Positions 1 through 12,660 of a stretch of DNA of 64,000 nucleotides are shown in pieces (position 1 is the stretch's first letter; each line of letters opens with the position of its first letter). The stretch is from Octopus vulgaris (taxonomy: Eukaryota). The translations under genes were made by a program, and so were the position numbers. Below the pieces are notes generated by a model, which was given only the letters and a program-made list of their open reading frames with translations, was not told where the DNA came from and searched no databases. The stretch lies in NCBI GenBank assembly GCA_951406725.2, contig OX597825.1, positions 55,180,001-55,244,000 of the forward strand, given 5' to 3'.

Positions 1-511
1 GATAATGATGATTATATATATATATAGATATGTCTATGTGTGTATGTGTGTGCACGCGGGCACACATTATACCATCTCATTAATACCACTTTATACACCC
101 AAATCTTGATTGTTTTTCAAAATATTTACATACACACATCTGCAAGCACACATACAATCAACCAGACATACATACATCATTTCAAGTCTTTCGGAGACCT
201 AGTGTGTCTTATCTTGAAGAATTTAAGCTGTCTTAATCTGTTAATACCAGTTCTACTATAACAGGACGGTGGTGGGCTGGTGGTGAGAGTGGTGGCGGTG
301 GCGGAGATGGTGGGGATGGTCAAACATTGTATACATCAGCTACTTGCATCCTTTCCTTCCCCCAACCTTATTTTGATAGCTGATTTGATAATTAAGTATC
401 TAATTATACACACATACACGTAACACAACCACACATGCATGCATATCCATTCGCAGACAACACACATACATACACACAAACATAAATGTACATACATGCA
501 TTTATATTATA

Positions 512-552
<41 letters not shown>

Positions 553-711
553 TACACACACATATGAAATTGATGTCATTATCTTAAAGCTAGTTTAAGA
601 ATAACAATGAAAAATTTATTGTTGAGGAAATGGGAAATTAATACTGATGCATAATCAAATTTATTGCAAACTCAGTCAACATAAACCTTACAATATCAAT
701 ATATATATATC

Positions 712-1250
712 CCTCTGCACAGCACCTTGAGCAAGTGTCTTCTACTATAGCCTTGGGACAGCCAAAACTTTATGAATGGATTTGGTAAATGAGAACTGAA
801 GGAAGTCTGTCCTATATATATTTGTGTGTGCGTGTGTGTTATATATGCGTGTATATATATATTTCTATTCCTGAGCGCTATATTAATACATTTGTTTTTG
901 TTTGTACTCCACCTGCCTTCGTCTTTTGTTTATTTTCGTAAACTTTCCCGTTTTATATATATCTATATATATATATATATATATATGTGGCATTAGGAAA
1001 GACATCCACAGCTGTAGAATCCATGCCAAATCAGTCTGCATGTATGTGTGTCTTTGTGTCTGTGTTTGTTCCCCGACACTACTTGACAATTGGGGTTGGT
1101 TTGTTTATGTCCCCATAACTTAGCACTTCGGCAAAAAGAGTCTGGTAGGATAAGTACCAGGCTTTAAAAAAATAAATCCCGAGGTTGATTCATTCAACTA
1201 AAAATTCTTCAAGGTGATGCCCCAGCATGGCCACAGACTAATGACTGAAG
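712..1250 (+). mobile_element. SINE family A (CORE-like), 5'-truncated and interrupted by microsatellite and other inserts
   Basis: Contains caccttgagcaagtgtcttctactatagcc...gatttggtaaatgagaactgaaggaag and the 3' part ...aaggtgatgccccagcatggccacagactaatgactgaa, matching the fuller copy at 2155-2528. Confidence 0.8.
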
Positions 1251-1294
1251 CCATATATATATATATATGGAGAGAGAGAGAGAGAGAGAGAGAT

Positions 1295-1635
1295 TGCCTC
1301 TTTGAGCTTTGTCAGAAGTAAGTACCAGCAGTATGCTAAAGCAAAATTCTCCATTATTGTTTTACTATATATATCAGTAGTTACCAGTGGATACTTGTTA
1401 CTGATGAAGCAGAAATGTGCATGTGCTGGATGATTTTTGCCTGCCACTGATATACTGATGCATTTTTAACACTGTAAGATGTGATTGAGTTTCTCAAAGT
1501 TCATTCATATCTGCAACAAATGATGCACCACAACTATTTGTACAGACTCTCACCCATGAGGATTGATAGCTTATGGGTCAAAACGATCGTAGTGGTTTAA
1601 TAAAGAATCTTGAGAATTCCATTTCCTTTCTCTTT
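1295..1635 (+). mobile_element. Penelope-like pLTR-type fragment with a degenerate hammerhead motif
   Basis: TGAGGA (1557-62)...ggtc-AAAAC-gatc-GTA-gtggt with palindromic ACGATCGT, followed by AATAAA (1599-1604). Flanked by (GA)n/(TA)n. Confidence 0.45.
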
Positions 1636-2154
1636 CATATATATCTATATATATACACAGGCATTATAACATCCTTATGTAATTTTATATTTTAAATGTT
1701 CCCAGCCTTAGTTCTTTATGTGACTGAATTAATCTGAACAGGAACATTTGGAAATCTGATGCAACTATTTTTATTCTCATCAATCAAACATATTTTTATT
1801 ATTGTCTATTAATTTACTGAAAAGATTAATAATTATTTCAAACTTTATTTGAGGCAAACCTATCAAGACATGTTATTTAAATAAACCTTGTTCTGTAAAT
1901 GACTTGAAGTGATTCAGGGTATAACCAAAATATCGGCTGCAAAATGTATTTATAGACCTTTAGAATTACATCAATGATTGTAAATATAATATTGATGGGC
2001 ATACAGAAAATAAAGAATCTGTTTAAAAATAATATAAGCTTTCACTTGTACTATTCACAGATTAATTCTACCATATGATATATCATTAATGTAGTATAAT
2101 ATAATGTTAATATAATATTCTATCATATGTCATACATATATATAATGTACTATC

Positions 2155-2528
2155 AGGAGAAGTTGTGTGGTAAGTAGCTTGCTTACCAACCACATGGTTC
2201 CAGGTTCAGTCCTACAGTGTGGTATGTTGGGCAAGTGTCTTCTACTATAGCCTTAGGCCAACCAAAGCCCTCTGAGTGGATTTGGTAGACGGAAACTGAA
2301 AGAAGCCCATTGTATATATGTGTGTGTGTGTATATGTTTGTGTGTCTGTATTTGTCCCCCAACATTGCTTGACAACCGATGCTGGTGTGTTTACATCCCC
2401 ATAACTTAGTAGTTCAGCAAAAGAGACTGATAGAATAAGTACCAGGCTTACAAAGAATTTGATTTACTCAACTAAAGGCTGTGCCCCAGCATGGCCACAG
2501 TCAAATGACTGAAACAAGTAAAAGAATA
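2155..2528 (+). mobile_element. SINE family A, near full length (tRNA head, CORE-like domain, internal (TG)n, tail)
   Basis: A-box-like gttgtgtggtaag, B-box-like ggttcagtcc, CORE-like ttgggcaagtgtcttctactatagcc, 3' end gcatggccacagtcaaatgactgaaacaagtaaaag. Many copies in the window. Confidence 0.9.
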
Positions 2529-2769
2529 GAAGAAATTGTATCATTAACCGTTTCATAATTATATCATATAATTTTGTCTTTGATAAAACTGAAGTTACAA
2601 ATATTTAAAATTACACAATGACTTTATAAAGCCCAACATATACCCCACCACCAGTAACAATGATTTTACATCTGCATTCCATCTAGCTTAAGTTGGATGG
2701 ATTGTCATGGAATAAATCAATTCTAATTGAGTGCTAATTCATCGACACTGTGATGGTATTAACTCGTCT

Positions 2770-3090
2770 CTAAGTAGCTAATCTGTAGCGAGGGATAGAG
2801 CCACTTCATCCTAATGGGTACAAAGCATGCCAGGGCCTGAGGTGATTGTTCAGGCCAAGGCTGATATAGAAGAGTCAAAGGCATTTATCGCTCTTTGCAT
2901 CTTTTACATATGATCTCTGCTTCTTGACATCTGTTATTTTCTATCTGGTCTGTTCCCTCAAAGATGACATGCCACCACTTTGGATGGTTCTTGGGTTAAT
3001 GGACCAGCATATTTGGATCAATGGACCAGCAGAGAAGAGTGGCCTTGAGCTGGTCTCGGTTGAGGGATACATATGATGTGTCCTGACCAG
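2770..3090 (-). mobile_element. Degenerate 3' end of an RTE-like LINE ORF
   Basis: Minus-strand translation gives ...ISLGLNNHLR, resembling the RTE C-terminal C..C...IGL.SH.R motif. Heavily decayed. Confidence 0.3.
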
Positions 3091-3934
3091 TAGAGGCAGT
3101 GTGCTCCCTTACTCACTTAAATGTGTCAGAGGACCAAGTCTTTCTTGCATGACACACTTTTTAGCATGGTTTCTATGGTTTGAAGATTTTCCTAATACCA
3201 ATCACTTTACGGATTGCATTAGGTTCATTTTATCATGGCAGTAGCAGAAGAAAGGTTATCATGTTTTCAGCAATATCAAAATGACTGGTCAACCCTTTGT
3301 TGTCTATGTTCATTTTGCCAACAACTTTACAAAATGTATAGGGTGCATTTTATTATGGCACCAGCACTAGAAGAATCATTTTACATCTTGTAAGACTAAA
3401 GAGCTTCCACTATGCTAAAGAGTGGAATAGAAGGACTGGTGACGAGATAAAGTATATATGGCGTGAAATGATGAGAGATGTAAAAATATGAAGGGAAGAA
3501 TAGAGTTATTGTTCTGGTAGAATGGTAGAGAAGATGGTAGCAGAGAGGACATTGCTGCAGTGATCAATGAAGAGCAACAGTAATGCTAACTAGGGACATT
3601 TTAGCTGCATTCTAAGCCTTCAAGCAAACCAATGCAAATAGTATATATTTATTCTCAGCAAGCCACAGAATACAAGGATCAAAACTAGGTCCCTTGACCA
3701 GTGAGACCCTGTACAAGAGCAGAGTGTGCACATGCAATGATGCCAGCAATTGAGAAAGAAGTAGTAATGGTAATTTGTTAAGAAACCTTTGTGATTGGAA
3801 GGTAGAGATGGAGCTAGTAAGATAAATGCGAAGTATGTTCCTCATTATATATATATAAAGGTTGACAGATAGATAAATAGAGGAAAAGATTGTATGCATG
3901 GGTGTGTTTACATACAAGTAAATATATGTTTATT

Positions 3935-4545
3935 TATTACCTCCACCAAAGAAGGAGGTTATACGTTCATTGGCATTGTCAGTCTGTCCCTTTGTCTGTC
4001 CGTCTGTGTGCAAAATAACTCAAAAGGTTGTGATGAAACTTGCATGAAAAGTTGATAATGACACAAGGAACAGATGATGAAATTTTGGTTGTGATCCGAG
4101 AATTTTTATGGATTCTTGAAGGATTTTTCATTCGCTATATTTATTTTATATGAAGTATTACAATGTTACATTCTTTGATTACCTCCCTTGAAAACACGTT
4201 CATCGTTTCCACGTAACCTATGGTATCATTGCTATTTCCAAAGTTTATTTTCATTTCTCTATTAGTAATTTTACTTATTGTGTGCGTATCACTCAAGTTT
4301 TAGGTAATTGTTGTTTCTTTTTAGTTGTATGGTGAAACTAGCTTGCACTTGTCATTGATAATTCCTGTTTTTAAAGGTTTTTTTTTTTTTAAATCATATG
4401 GCTGTGTTTTTTTTTTACTCTCACCAAGGAGATTATGCTTTTGCCGGCGTTGGCTTGGGAAATTGGGTGATTTTCAGCATGTGTGTATATGGGTGGAAAT
4501 GAGCTGCTTGGCAGAGATCTACGCTCTCTGAGTGCTTTTCTAGTT
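3935..4545 (+). mobile_element. Helentron-associated non-autonomous element (HINE/DINE-1-like)
   Basis: 5' ttattacctccaccaaag...ggaggtt subTIR plus partial inverted copy, (TGTC)-like microsatellite, 3' cttggcagagat subTIR followed by stem-loop cgctctctgagtgc, T-rich ends. Confidence 0.8.
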
Positions 4546-4546
4546 T

Positions 4547-4585
<39 letters not shown>

Positions 4586-4594
4586 TATATATAT

Positions 4595-4755
4595 AATCAT
4601 CATCATCGTTTAATGTCTGCCTACCATGCTGCCATGAGTGGGACGGTTTCACAAGAGCTGGCCAGGCAGAAGCCTGCACCAGACTTCTGTGAGTGCTTTG
4701 ACAGGATTTTTACAGCTGGATGCCCTGCCTGACACCAACTACTCAGCAGAGTGCA
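4595..4755 (-). mobile_element. Short RTE-tail retroposon copy
   Basis: (CAT)n then gtttaatgtctgc...ccatgc...acagctggatgccc; same 3' end as the RTE at 45140-46600. Confidence 0.75.
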
Positions 4756-6386
4756 CTATATATATGTATGTACACACACATTCCAAAGCTTCATCTGAGC
4801 GTAGGGAATAAAAATGTAGAAACATTCTTTCTGTGCTACTGATGAAAAGTTAAAAAAATGAGTGGAGTCTCCTGATGGACCATTTCATCATTTGCTAACC
4901 ACTTCTCAGTGAAGATATGCTTGGCTTCCTTCCTCAATCATGTATGTGTGTATGTATGTTGTGAATATATTATATATATATATATATATATATTTATTTG
5001 TTTATTTATTTATTTGTGTGTGTGTGTGTGTGTGCATGTCAGAGGACCAAGTCTTTCTTGCATGACACACTTTTTAGCATGGTTTCTATGGTTTGAAGGT
5101 TTTCCTAATACCAATCACTTTATGGATTGCATTAAGTGTATATAAGAAAGATGATATTAGATGATGTGTGTGATGATGGTGATGATGACAACGACAATGA
5201 GATTAGTGGCTATGGTTGTAATGATGATAATGATGATTATGATGATAATGACAGTGGTGGCGGAGGTTGTGGCTGTGAAGGCGATGATGATATCATTTCC
5301 TTTCTATAATTATCACTTCAAAGAACCATTTCCACAGGGGTGACAGTTCATGTCAACATTACCGCATGTGTGTACAGCAGCTGTTATCATTATTGTTACT
5401 GTTACTGCACATGGTACCATGCAGTGGATAGGTGGAACCCATGCAATGGTGCCAAATAAATGCCCTTCCTAACATACATTCAACAGCTGTTCACTGCAAT
5501 CACTGCAAGCTGTGCACCACACCACTTCACGTAACCTGCAATTTTGCAAGTTCTCTCAATAAAACATATCCACACACGCACACAGAACAACAACAACTAA
5601 AAGCTGTAGCAGTGGTGGGATATTTTCTTTGCTGTTGTTGTTTAACCCTAGGTCAGTCTAAATCCAGTAGGCCTACTATATTTACTTAGGTAAAAAGAAA
5701 TTAGGAGTTTAATACAAAACACAAGCACAGTTGTATAGTTAAGAAGTTCACTACTTGAAAAATATTGTCATTTTGGGTTCAATCCAGCACGACAGCACAT
5801 ACCAATTAATGTATTGTGAGGTAATGAGATGGATGGAAACTGTAGGAAACCCATCATATATGTGTGTGTCTGTATTTTATATATATATATATTTATATAT
5901 ATATATATACACACACACATACATTCCAAAGCTTCACGTAGGTGGGGAGAATAAAAATATAAACATATTCATTCTGTGATACTGATGAGAAGAAAAAAAT
6001 GGGTGGAGTCTACTGATGGACCATTTCATCATTTGCTAGCCATTCCTCAGTGAAGGTATACTCGGCTTCCTTCCACAAAGTCTTCAGCCACTTTAAACTA
6101 TTGTAAATTTTTACTTAATTGCCAACTTATAAGTGGATGTTTCACATTGCATTTTTTACAGATGAAACATTGGTTCAGTTGGAGTCATTTCCATACCTAA
6201 ACATTATATTTTGTAGTAAGGTTTCTGAATGAGAGGGGAAGATGTGAGACGACCACCCAAAATGGCCATGCAAAATTTTTCGGCTACCTCACATAAACCA
6301 ATCAAGATACAGTGTTTTAAAACAGAAAAATGTCTATAATGAAAATTTATTACATGATGTTCCTTTCAAGAAGTTACTGTACATTT

Positions 6387-6820
6387 TTAATATTTCGTGT
6401 GGCTTCTCTTAGCTTGAATAATTGCTTCAGTGCACCTGGGAAGAGATGTGTACAAATCCTTCACCATCTTCACAGGTGTGAGATGCCATCCTCTGTGGTT
6501 GAGCTCCCACAACTCTTCAAGATTGCATGGATTCTTCTGACAAACATTTCTCTTTAGTTCTGTCCATATTTGCTCGATGATATTTAAGTCAGGGCTCTGA
6601 GCTGGCCAATCTTTCAATATGGTAAGACCTTCATCAGCCAGACTCTGTTGTGCTGCATGTGATCTGTGGTGTGGAGCTCCATCTTGCTGAAAAATCTCAG
6701 CTTCATCCAAGTCACGTCTCAAATTGTCCTTCAGCAACTGGATGTATTTGGCACTACTCAAGTTACCATCAATTTTAACCAACTTTCTTGAACCATCACT
6801 TTTTATGTATCCCCAAATTT
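6387..6820 (-). pseudogene. Tc1-like transposase C-terminal fragment with D..35..E spacing
   Basis: ORF 6387-6782 has FQQDGAPHH, DWPAQSPDLNIIEQIW and terminal SLPRCTEAIIQAKRSHTKY. There are 35 residues between the catalytic D and E. 5' half missing. Confidence 0.9.
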
Positions 6821-7139
6821 GTTAGAAAGCCTCTAGGAAAGCACAGTACTATATCTATTCATTTGTGTGTGTGTGTGTGTGTGCATGTGTGTGAATATGA
6901 AAGTACATGAATGTCAATTATTCTAGGCTTACAGCTTTAAGGTGCACCTACTCATAGAACCTGTTTAATGGCTGTATGCACTAAGTCAGAAAGTGTTCCA
7001 CTGACTTTGCTGTAATAATTACAGTATAGTGGCAATGATATGACTTGAATCTGTAGCATTCTCTTAACTCCACCACTGACTTTAGTTTAGAATATGACAC
7101 CAAAATAAAAAGAAAAAAAAGAAGCTGGTATGTACAATA

Positions 7140-7380
7140 GCTAAAATGTCACTAATTAATCAGTCATTGGTCAATCAATTGAAATAGTCATTTATCAATC
7201 CATCTACAATGTCATTGGTCAATCAAATAAAAAAGTCATTAGTCAATGAAGCTAAAATGTTGTTAGTCAATCAGCTTAAAAGTCATCAGTCAATCAATTC
7301 AAAATGTCATTAGTTAATGAAACAAAAATATCATTAGTCACATTCAACCAGTGAAAAAATCATTAGTCGTCCAATCAATA
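7140..7380. repeat. Degenerate 24-bp minisatellite, about 9-10 units
   Basis: Units such as gtcattggtcaatcaattgaaata / gtcattggtcaatcaaataaaaaa / gtcattagtcaatgaagctaaaat / gtcatcagtcaatcaattcaaaat. Confidence 0.9.
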
Positions 7381-7934
7381 AATAAATACACCAGTGGCTG
7401 TCTCTGCTATTGTTGTAATGTTGATTAGAGTCGTGAAAATTTTCAGCAAGTTTGCGTTAATTTAATTAAGCCAAAGTTAATTATGTCTCACATCTCCTTA
7501 ACAAACCTACTAACTTGCCAACGTACCGACCTGAAAATCTACCTTAAACATTTCAAATTCTTTCAAGTAAATCATTCTCCTCTTTGACAATAAATCATTC
7601 ATTTTCTATCTCAGTTCTGTGATGGCGCCACATGCCCAGCATCTTCCTCCTCAATTGTTTTCAACGAGATCTTTCCATTTAACTTATCTGCTTCGCTTCC
7701 AAAGTTTATCTTTCCTAATCAGATTTATACTTAGTTATATTATCTTCCACTCTCACTAAGGCATACAAATACAGAGCATTAGATAGTTGTACGCTGTTTC
7801 TCTTTTTGTCGTTGTTGTTGCTGCTTGAACTGTTAGTCTTTTTTTGTTTTTGTTTTTGCTCATTGCAACAACTTGCTGTTAACTTGCATAGGCTGTAAAG
7901 TTGATGCAATATTTATCATTATACAACATACTAG

Positions 7935-8165
7935 GGTAGTAGACTGGCTGAATCTGTGGAGCATTGGATAAAATGCTTTGCATTATTTTTTCTGGTACTT
8001 TGCATTCTGAGTTCAAATCATACCAAGGTCAGCTTTGCTTTTCACCCTTTCAAGATTGATAAAATAAAGTACCAGTCAGTACCAGGCATGTACTGGAGTC
8101 AATATTACTGATTAATCATCTCACCTCAAAACTGCTGCCCTTGGGCATAAATTTGAAATCATTAT
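7935..8165 (+). mobile_element. SINE family B (tRNA head plus Meta-domain-like core)
   Basis: ttctgagttcaaat B-box region; ctttgcttttcacccttt..gataaaataaagtaccag core; tail tgcccttgggcataaatttgaaatcatt. Confidence 0.8.
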
Positions 8166-8994
8166 CAAACTTAACCTGTGTGCACTGCATACGTAAAGCA
8201 ATGAGTTACATTGGTTTCAATTTTGCACAAGGCATAGAACCATTGGCAAGGGGTACAGTCAGTCAATTTCACACCAGTTTATCACAGATAAACTGACCCC
8301 AGTGTCTTACAGAAATTTTCTTTTAACCCTTACATGCCAGTAAGAGATGTGACTGAAAGGATTGTTATCAAGAAGTGTACTTGGCCATAAAAACACTGCC
8401 TCAGAAAGTACCCACCAACCCATTTTAAAATGGAAAAAAGGAACATAAAATCAATGATGACAGTAATAATGATGATGTTGATGATGATGATGAGGAAGAT
8501 AATATTTATGATTATGATGATGGTACAACATAGTTGAAAATTGAACTCTATTTTAGATTTTTTTCTTAAAAACTTAAAGGGAGGTAGCTTCTTACTGCAA
8601 CATCATTTGTCTGCTACTTTCCCAACCTAAAAGTACAGCCTTGACCAAAAGTTATAAATTTACAGTTTTGATGCCAAAGGTCACAGTTAATGGTAGAATT
8701 GGTAAATTGTCAGATCAAAGAGCTGCACACTAACTTCAATTAACAAACCAATCTCTTCTGCTTATGTCTATCAATGTTATCTTTCTCCCCACCATCTCTC
8801 TCTGTCTTTTATAATTATCATTATTTCTAACATAGGCACGAGGCCAGAAATTTGGCTGCAGAGGTTTTGTTGATTACATCAACTCCAGTACTAGATTGGT
8901 ACTTTATTATATCAACCCCCAAAAGGGCTCAAATAGATTAAAATAGACTTTGTACTTCTGATAGAAATGATCCTTATTTGATTGTTATGATAGG

Positions 8995-9210
8995 GCAGTA
9001 AGTAGCCAGAACTGTTAGAGCATCAGATGAAATGCATTGTGGTATTTTTTCTGGCACTTTACAGTTGGAGTTCAAATCTGCCAAAGTCAACTTTGTATTT
9101 CATCCTGGAATTGATAAAATAAAGTACACGACAAGTACTGATAGAAATGGCATCAGCTAGCCTCTTCTCCATGAAACTGCTGGCTTTCTTCTTAAATTAG
9201 GAGCAATTGT
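8995..9210 (+). mobile_element. SINE family B, degenerate
   Basis: ggagttcaaatctgccaaagtcaactttgtatttcatcc...gataaaataaagtac. Confidence 0.7.
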
Positions 9211-9392
9211 TTTATTATCTAGCAGTTATTACTCTTAGTAACAACATTTTTATCCTTTTTGTTGTCAGTTAATAAGTGTTATTTCCTATTTGCTACTATG
9301 TGGAAATCAAAGGAAATTACTACTATTCCCTTCAAACTTTGCTTTTTTTTTCTGACCTTGACATCAATACTTGCTGAAACAGAAATATCATT

Positions 9393-9590
9393 ATAGCAAA
9401 TATTCTGCTCAATACCACAGATTTGCTTGCTTGTTGCTTGACCTTAACCACTTGAGCATGTTTCTTAGTGGCTGACAATATTTGCATCTCTGATCATGAG
9501 CAGGAGTAATAGGGAAGCATCATAACCATGTATTGAGAGAGATTATTTGGGATTTGAATAAATGTAAGGAAAGCAAAGTTTGAAGGAAAC
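9393..9590 (+). mobile_element. Interspersed repeat family C fragment
   Basis: agcaaatattctgctcaataccacagatttgcttg... matches 20455-20610 and, inverted, 60853-61048. Confidence 0.8.
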
Positions 9591-10644
9591 GCCCCTAGAA
9601 AGTATGAAAAAATGGCTAAGTAAACAGAAAATAACAGTTACTAACCAAAGAAAAAAATCATGTCGCACAGAGGAATCACTGACACTCAAGTTACACAGAT
9701 TGCTAGAGTGTACAGAATCAGGAAAGTTTAAGAACCTGGATATGAACTTCCACCCTTTTGGTTAGCAATGGACAGGAGAGGTGATGGCAATGGGAAGTAA
9801 GAGAGATCATCAGTAACCAATTATCTCAGACAACCCCAGAACAGTTTCAACCTTGGAAAGATCTGAGGAATTTACTGTGGTATCTAGCTACGGAAGAATT
9901 TTTCTGTAAATTCTAGAGATGAGAGATTGTTTGGGAGATGTTGTATAATTAGTGTATGTGAGATGGTGCTTTTGTAAGGAATTCAACAGAAACTGCAAAC
10001 ATTTATGCAAGACTATCATGATGTAATGAACAGCTTGATAACGGTTAATTAACTTCACTGACTGATCCTTGGCTTTCTCTTAACAATCTGTGTGTGTGTG
10101 TGTGCCTGTAATAAAAACTTGAAAGATGCATTAGCACATATTTTCTTCAGTTTCCCTGAGAAGAGCTCTTAAAAGAAATATACACACACAAGAACACAAC
10201 ATACACATATATGTATATACACATAGAAATATATTTATGTATACATATGATCATATATATATGTGTGCGTGTGTGTGCATGCGTGTGATTATCTAAATTT
10301 ATATATATATGCATGAGTAGTCATTATTTAACCAGCTTTAAGGTAATACCTAATAAATTCATTCCCCTGCATCTTAGTGATAACTACAACCTAGACTTTT
10401 GATAAATTATAGTGTGTTAGTACCATACCCTGATATTTCTACTTGTGCTCTGAGTTGAAATCCTGCTGAAGTCAATTTGCTGTTCATCTCTCCAGGATTC
10501 ATAAAAGTATCAGTCAAGTATTGGTGTCTGACACCTACCCTTAAATTTACTGGCCTTAGGCCAAAATGTGAAACCTTCATCATCATCATTATTATTATTA
10601 TTATTATTATCATTACTATCATCATCATCATTATTATTATTGTT

Positions 10645-10865
10645 AAGGTAGCAAGTAGGCAGGACTGTTAGCACGCTGGGTGAAATGTTTAATGGCATTT
10701 CATCCATCTTGACATTCTGAGTTCAAATTCCCTCAGAGTTGACCTTTGCCTTTCATACTTTCAGAGTTGATAAAATAAGTATCACTTGAGTAGTGGGGTT
10801 AATATAATTGATTTACCACTCCCCTGAAATTGCTGGCCTTGTGACAAAATCTGAAATTATTATTA

Positions 10866-10914
<49 letters not shown>

Positions 10915-11040
10915 CATCATTATTATTATTAAAGCAGCAAACTGGCAGAATCGTTAGCATACTGGATGAAATGCTGAGTGGAGTTTTGTTTATCTTTATG
11001 TTCAGAGTTCAAATTCTTCATGGTTTGACTTCTGCTGAAA
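10645..11040 (+). mobile_element. Two tandem SINE family B copies separated and flanked by (ATT)n
   Basis: Heads aaggtagcaagtaggcagg (10645) and aaagcagcaaactggcagaatcgttagc (10931); both contain gagttcaaattc. Confidence 0.85.
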
Positions 11041-11119
11041 GCTATCATTTGAGAGAGATTTGGCTGCTATTTCTAGCGAGTCAAGTGAGTCTATAACAAA
11101 CTTCATATTTTTATTGAAG

Positions 11120-11480
11120 GTGCTTAGCCTAGTGGTTAGGGTGTTGCACTCACAATCACCAGATTGTAGGTTTGATTCCCAGACCAGGATGCATGTGCAT
11201 TTGAGCAAGACATTTAATTTCATATTGCTTCTGTGTGTGGGGATCAGCATGTTAGAGATTAGACCCAATGTTTCTTGTCATAAAAGGCAACTAAAAGAGG
11301 TTGAGGTAGGATTTACAATCCAGCCCTGTAAAGCCCTCACCAGCAATGATGACCCAAACAAACTGATGGGTTGAAGGGTTGTTGCCTGAGTGGTGCAAAT
11401 GTGTCATCTGCTAGGAGTAGTAGGGAATCAGCAATACATGGTGGATGCAGCCAGGCACTTTCACAGCACATGATCCCCTA
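11120..11480 (+). mobile_element. tRNA-headed SINE (family D)
   Basis: A-box tagcctagtgg, B-box-like ggtttgattccc, then ttgagcaagaca; ends at (TAC)n. Head resembles 17577-17660. Confidence 0.65.
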
Positions 11481-11769
11481 CTACTACTATTACTACTACT
11501 ACTACTTCTTAGTCAAGATGGAGGAGCTGGGCGCATGACCCTCCACAGAGCCTCCAAGATTAGTAGGAGGGAAGGAGGTAGCCTCAAACAGGAGACCTGA
11601 ATGCTTGCAACAGAGTAGAATCTGGTAAAGGTAACCAAGGGACTATGTTACAGTGCTCAACTGGATGAATGATTAAGTCTAGCACTCAAGTGGACCATGA
11701 TTGGATTTGAACTCAAAATGCAAAGGGCTGGAAATTAATTCCATAATCTATTCCCCTGCATTACTATTT

Positions 11770-12290
11770 TTCACTTTTTATTTGTTTGAGTGATTGAACT
11801 GTGGCCAAGCTAAAGCAATGCTTTGATGTGTTTAGTTGAGCAAATCGCCCCCAGTACTTTTTTTTAAAGTTTGGTACTTTTTCAGTCTCTTTTACTGAAC
11901 TACTAAGCTATGGAGATATAAACAAACCAACACTGGTTGTCAAATAGTAGGGTATGGGAAACAGGCACCAAGACATACACATGTGCGAGCATGTGCACAC
12001 ACACACATACACAAGGTGTTTGAGCTAAATTCAACAGTTTACATAAAAGGAAAAAAAAAACAATATTCTTCCCAAAACTAAAAGTACTTTGAAAAACCAA
12101 AAGATAGCAACTATTAACCTGAATATCCTGTATATGATATACTTCCATGGTTTCCATCGACCAAATACCCTCACAAGGACTTGATTGACCAGGGGCTAGA
12201 GTAGAAGGTACTTGCCTAAGCTGCTGTGCAGTGGGACTGATCCTAAAACCATGTAGTTGCAAAGTGAGCTTCTTAACCACACAGCCATGC
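11770..12290 (-). mobile_element. SINE family A
   Basis: Reverse complement of the 2155-2528 family (gtagaaggtacttgcctaag...cttaaccacacagccatgc). Confidence 0.8.
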
Positions 12291-12409
12291 TTGGTGGTTT
12301 ATTTCATCAATCCCAAAAGAATATAAGGCAAATGTGACCCAAGCAAAATTCAGACTTATTATGCAATGAGAACAAATATCATGAGATATTCAAGCCAATA
12401 TTTCATCAT

Positions 12410-12660
12410 CCTCATCATCATCATATAATGTCTGCTCTCCATGCTGGCATGGGTTGGATGGTTTCACCAAAAGCTGGTAAGCCGGGGAGCTGGATCAGGT
12501 TCCAATCTGATTTAGCATAATTTCTATGGCTAGATGCCTTTCCTAACACCAACCACTCCAAGAATGCAGAGGATCCTTTTTATGTGCCACAGGAATGGGT
12601 GCCATTGACCTGACACCAGCATCAGCCATGACTATGATCTTACTTGCCTTGACTAGTCAC
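12410..12660 (-). mobile_element. RTE-tail retroposon copy
   Basis: (CAT)n, ccatgctggcatgggttggatgg, gctagatgcctttcctaacaccaaccactcc. Confidence 0.8.

Noticed and set aside
4835-4900. CTGATGA motifs in the duplicated block (also 5982 and 1401) as hammerheads
   Set aside because: No correctly placed stem II, GAAA, NUH and stem I could be built.
7140-7380. Repeat-spacer-like periodicity suggesting a CRISPR array
   Set aside because: The period is only 24 bp, the spacers are ~9 nt and related to each other, the context is eukaryotic, and there are no cas genes.
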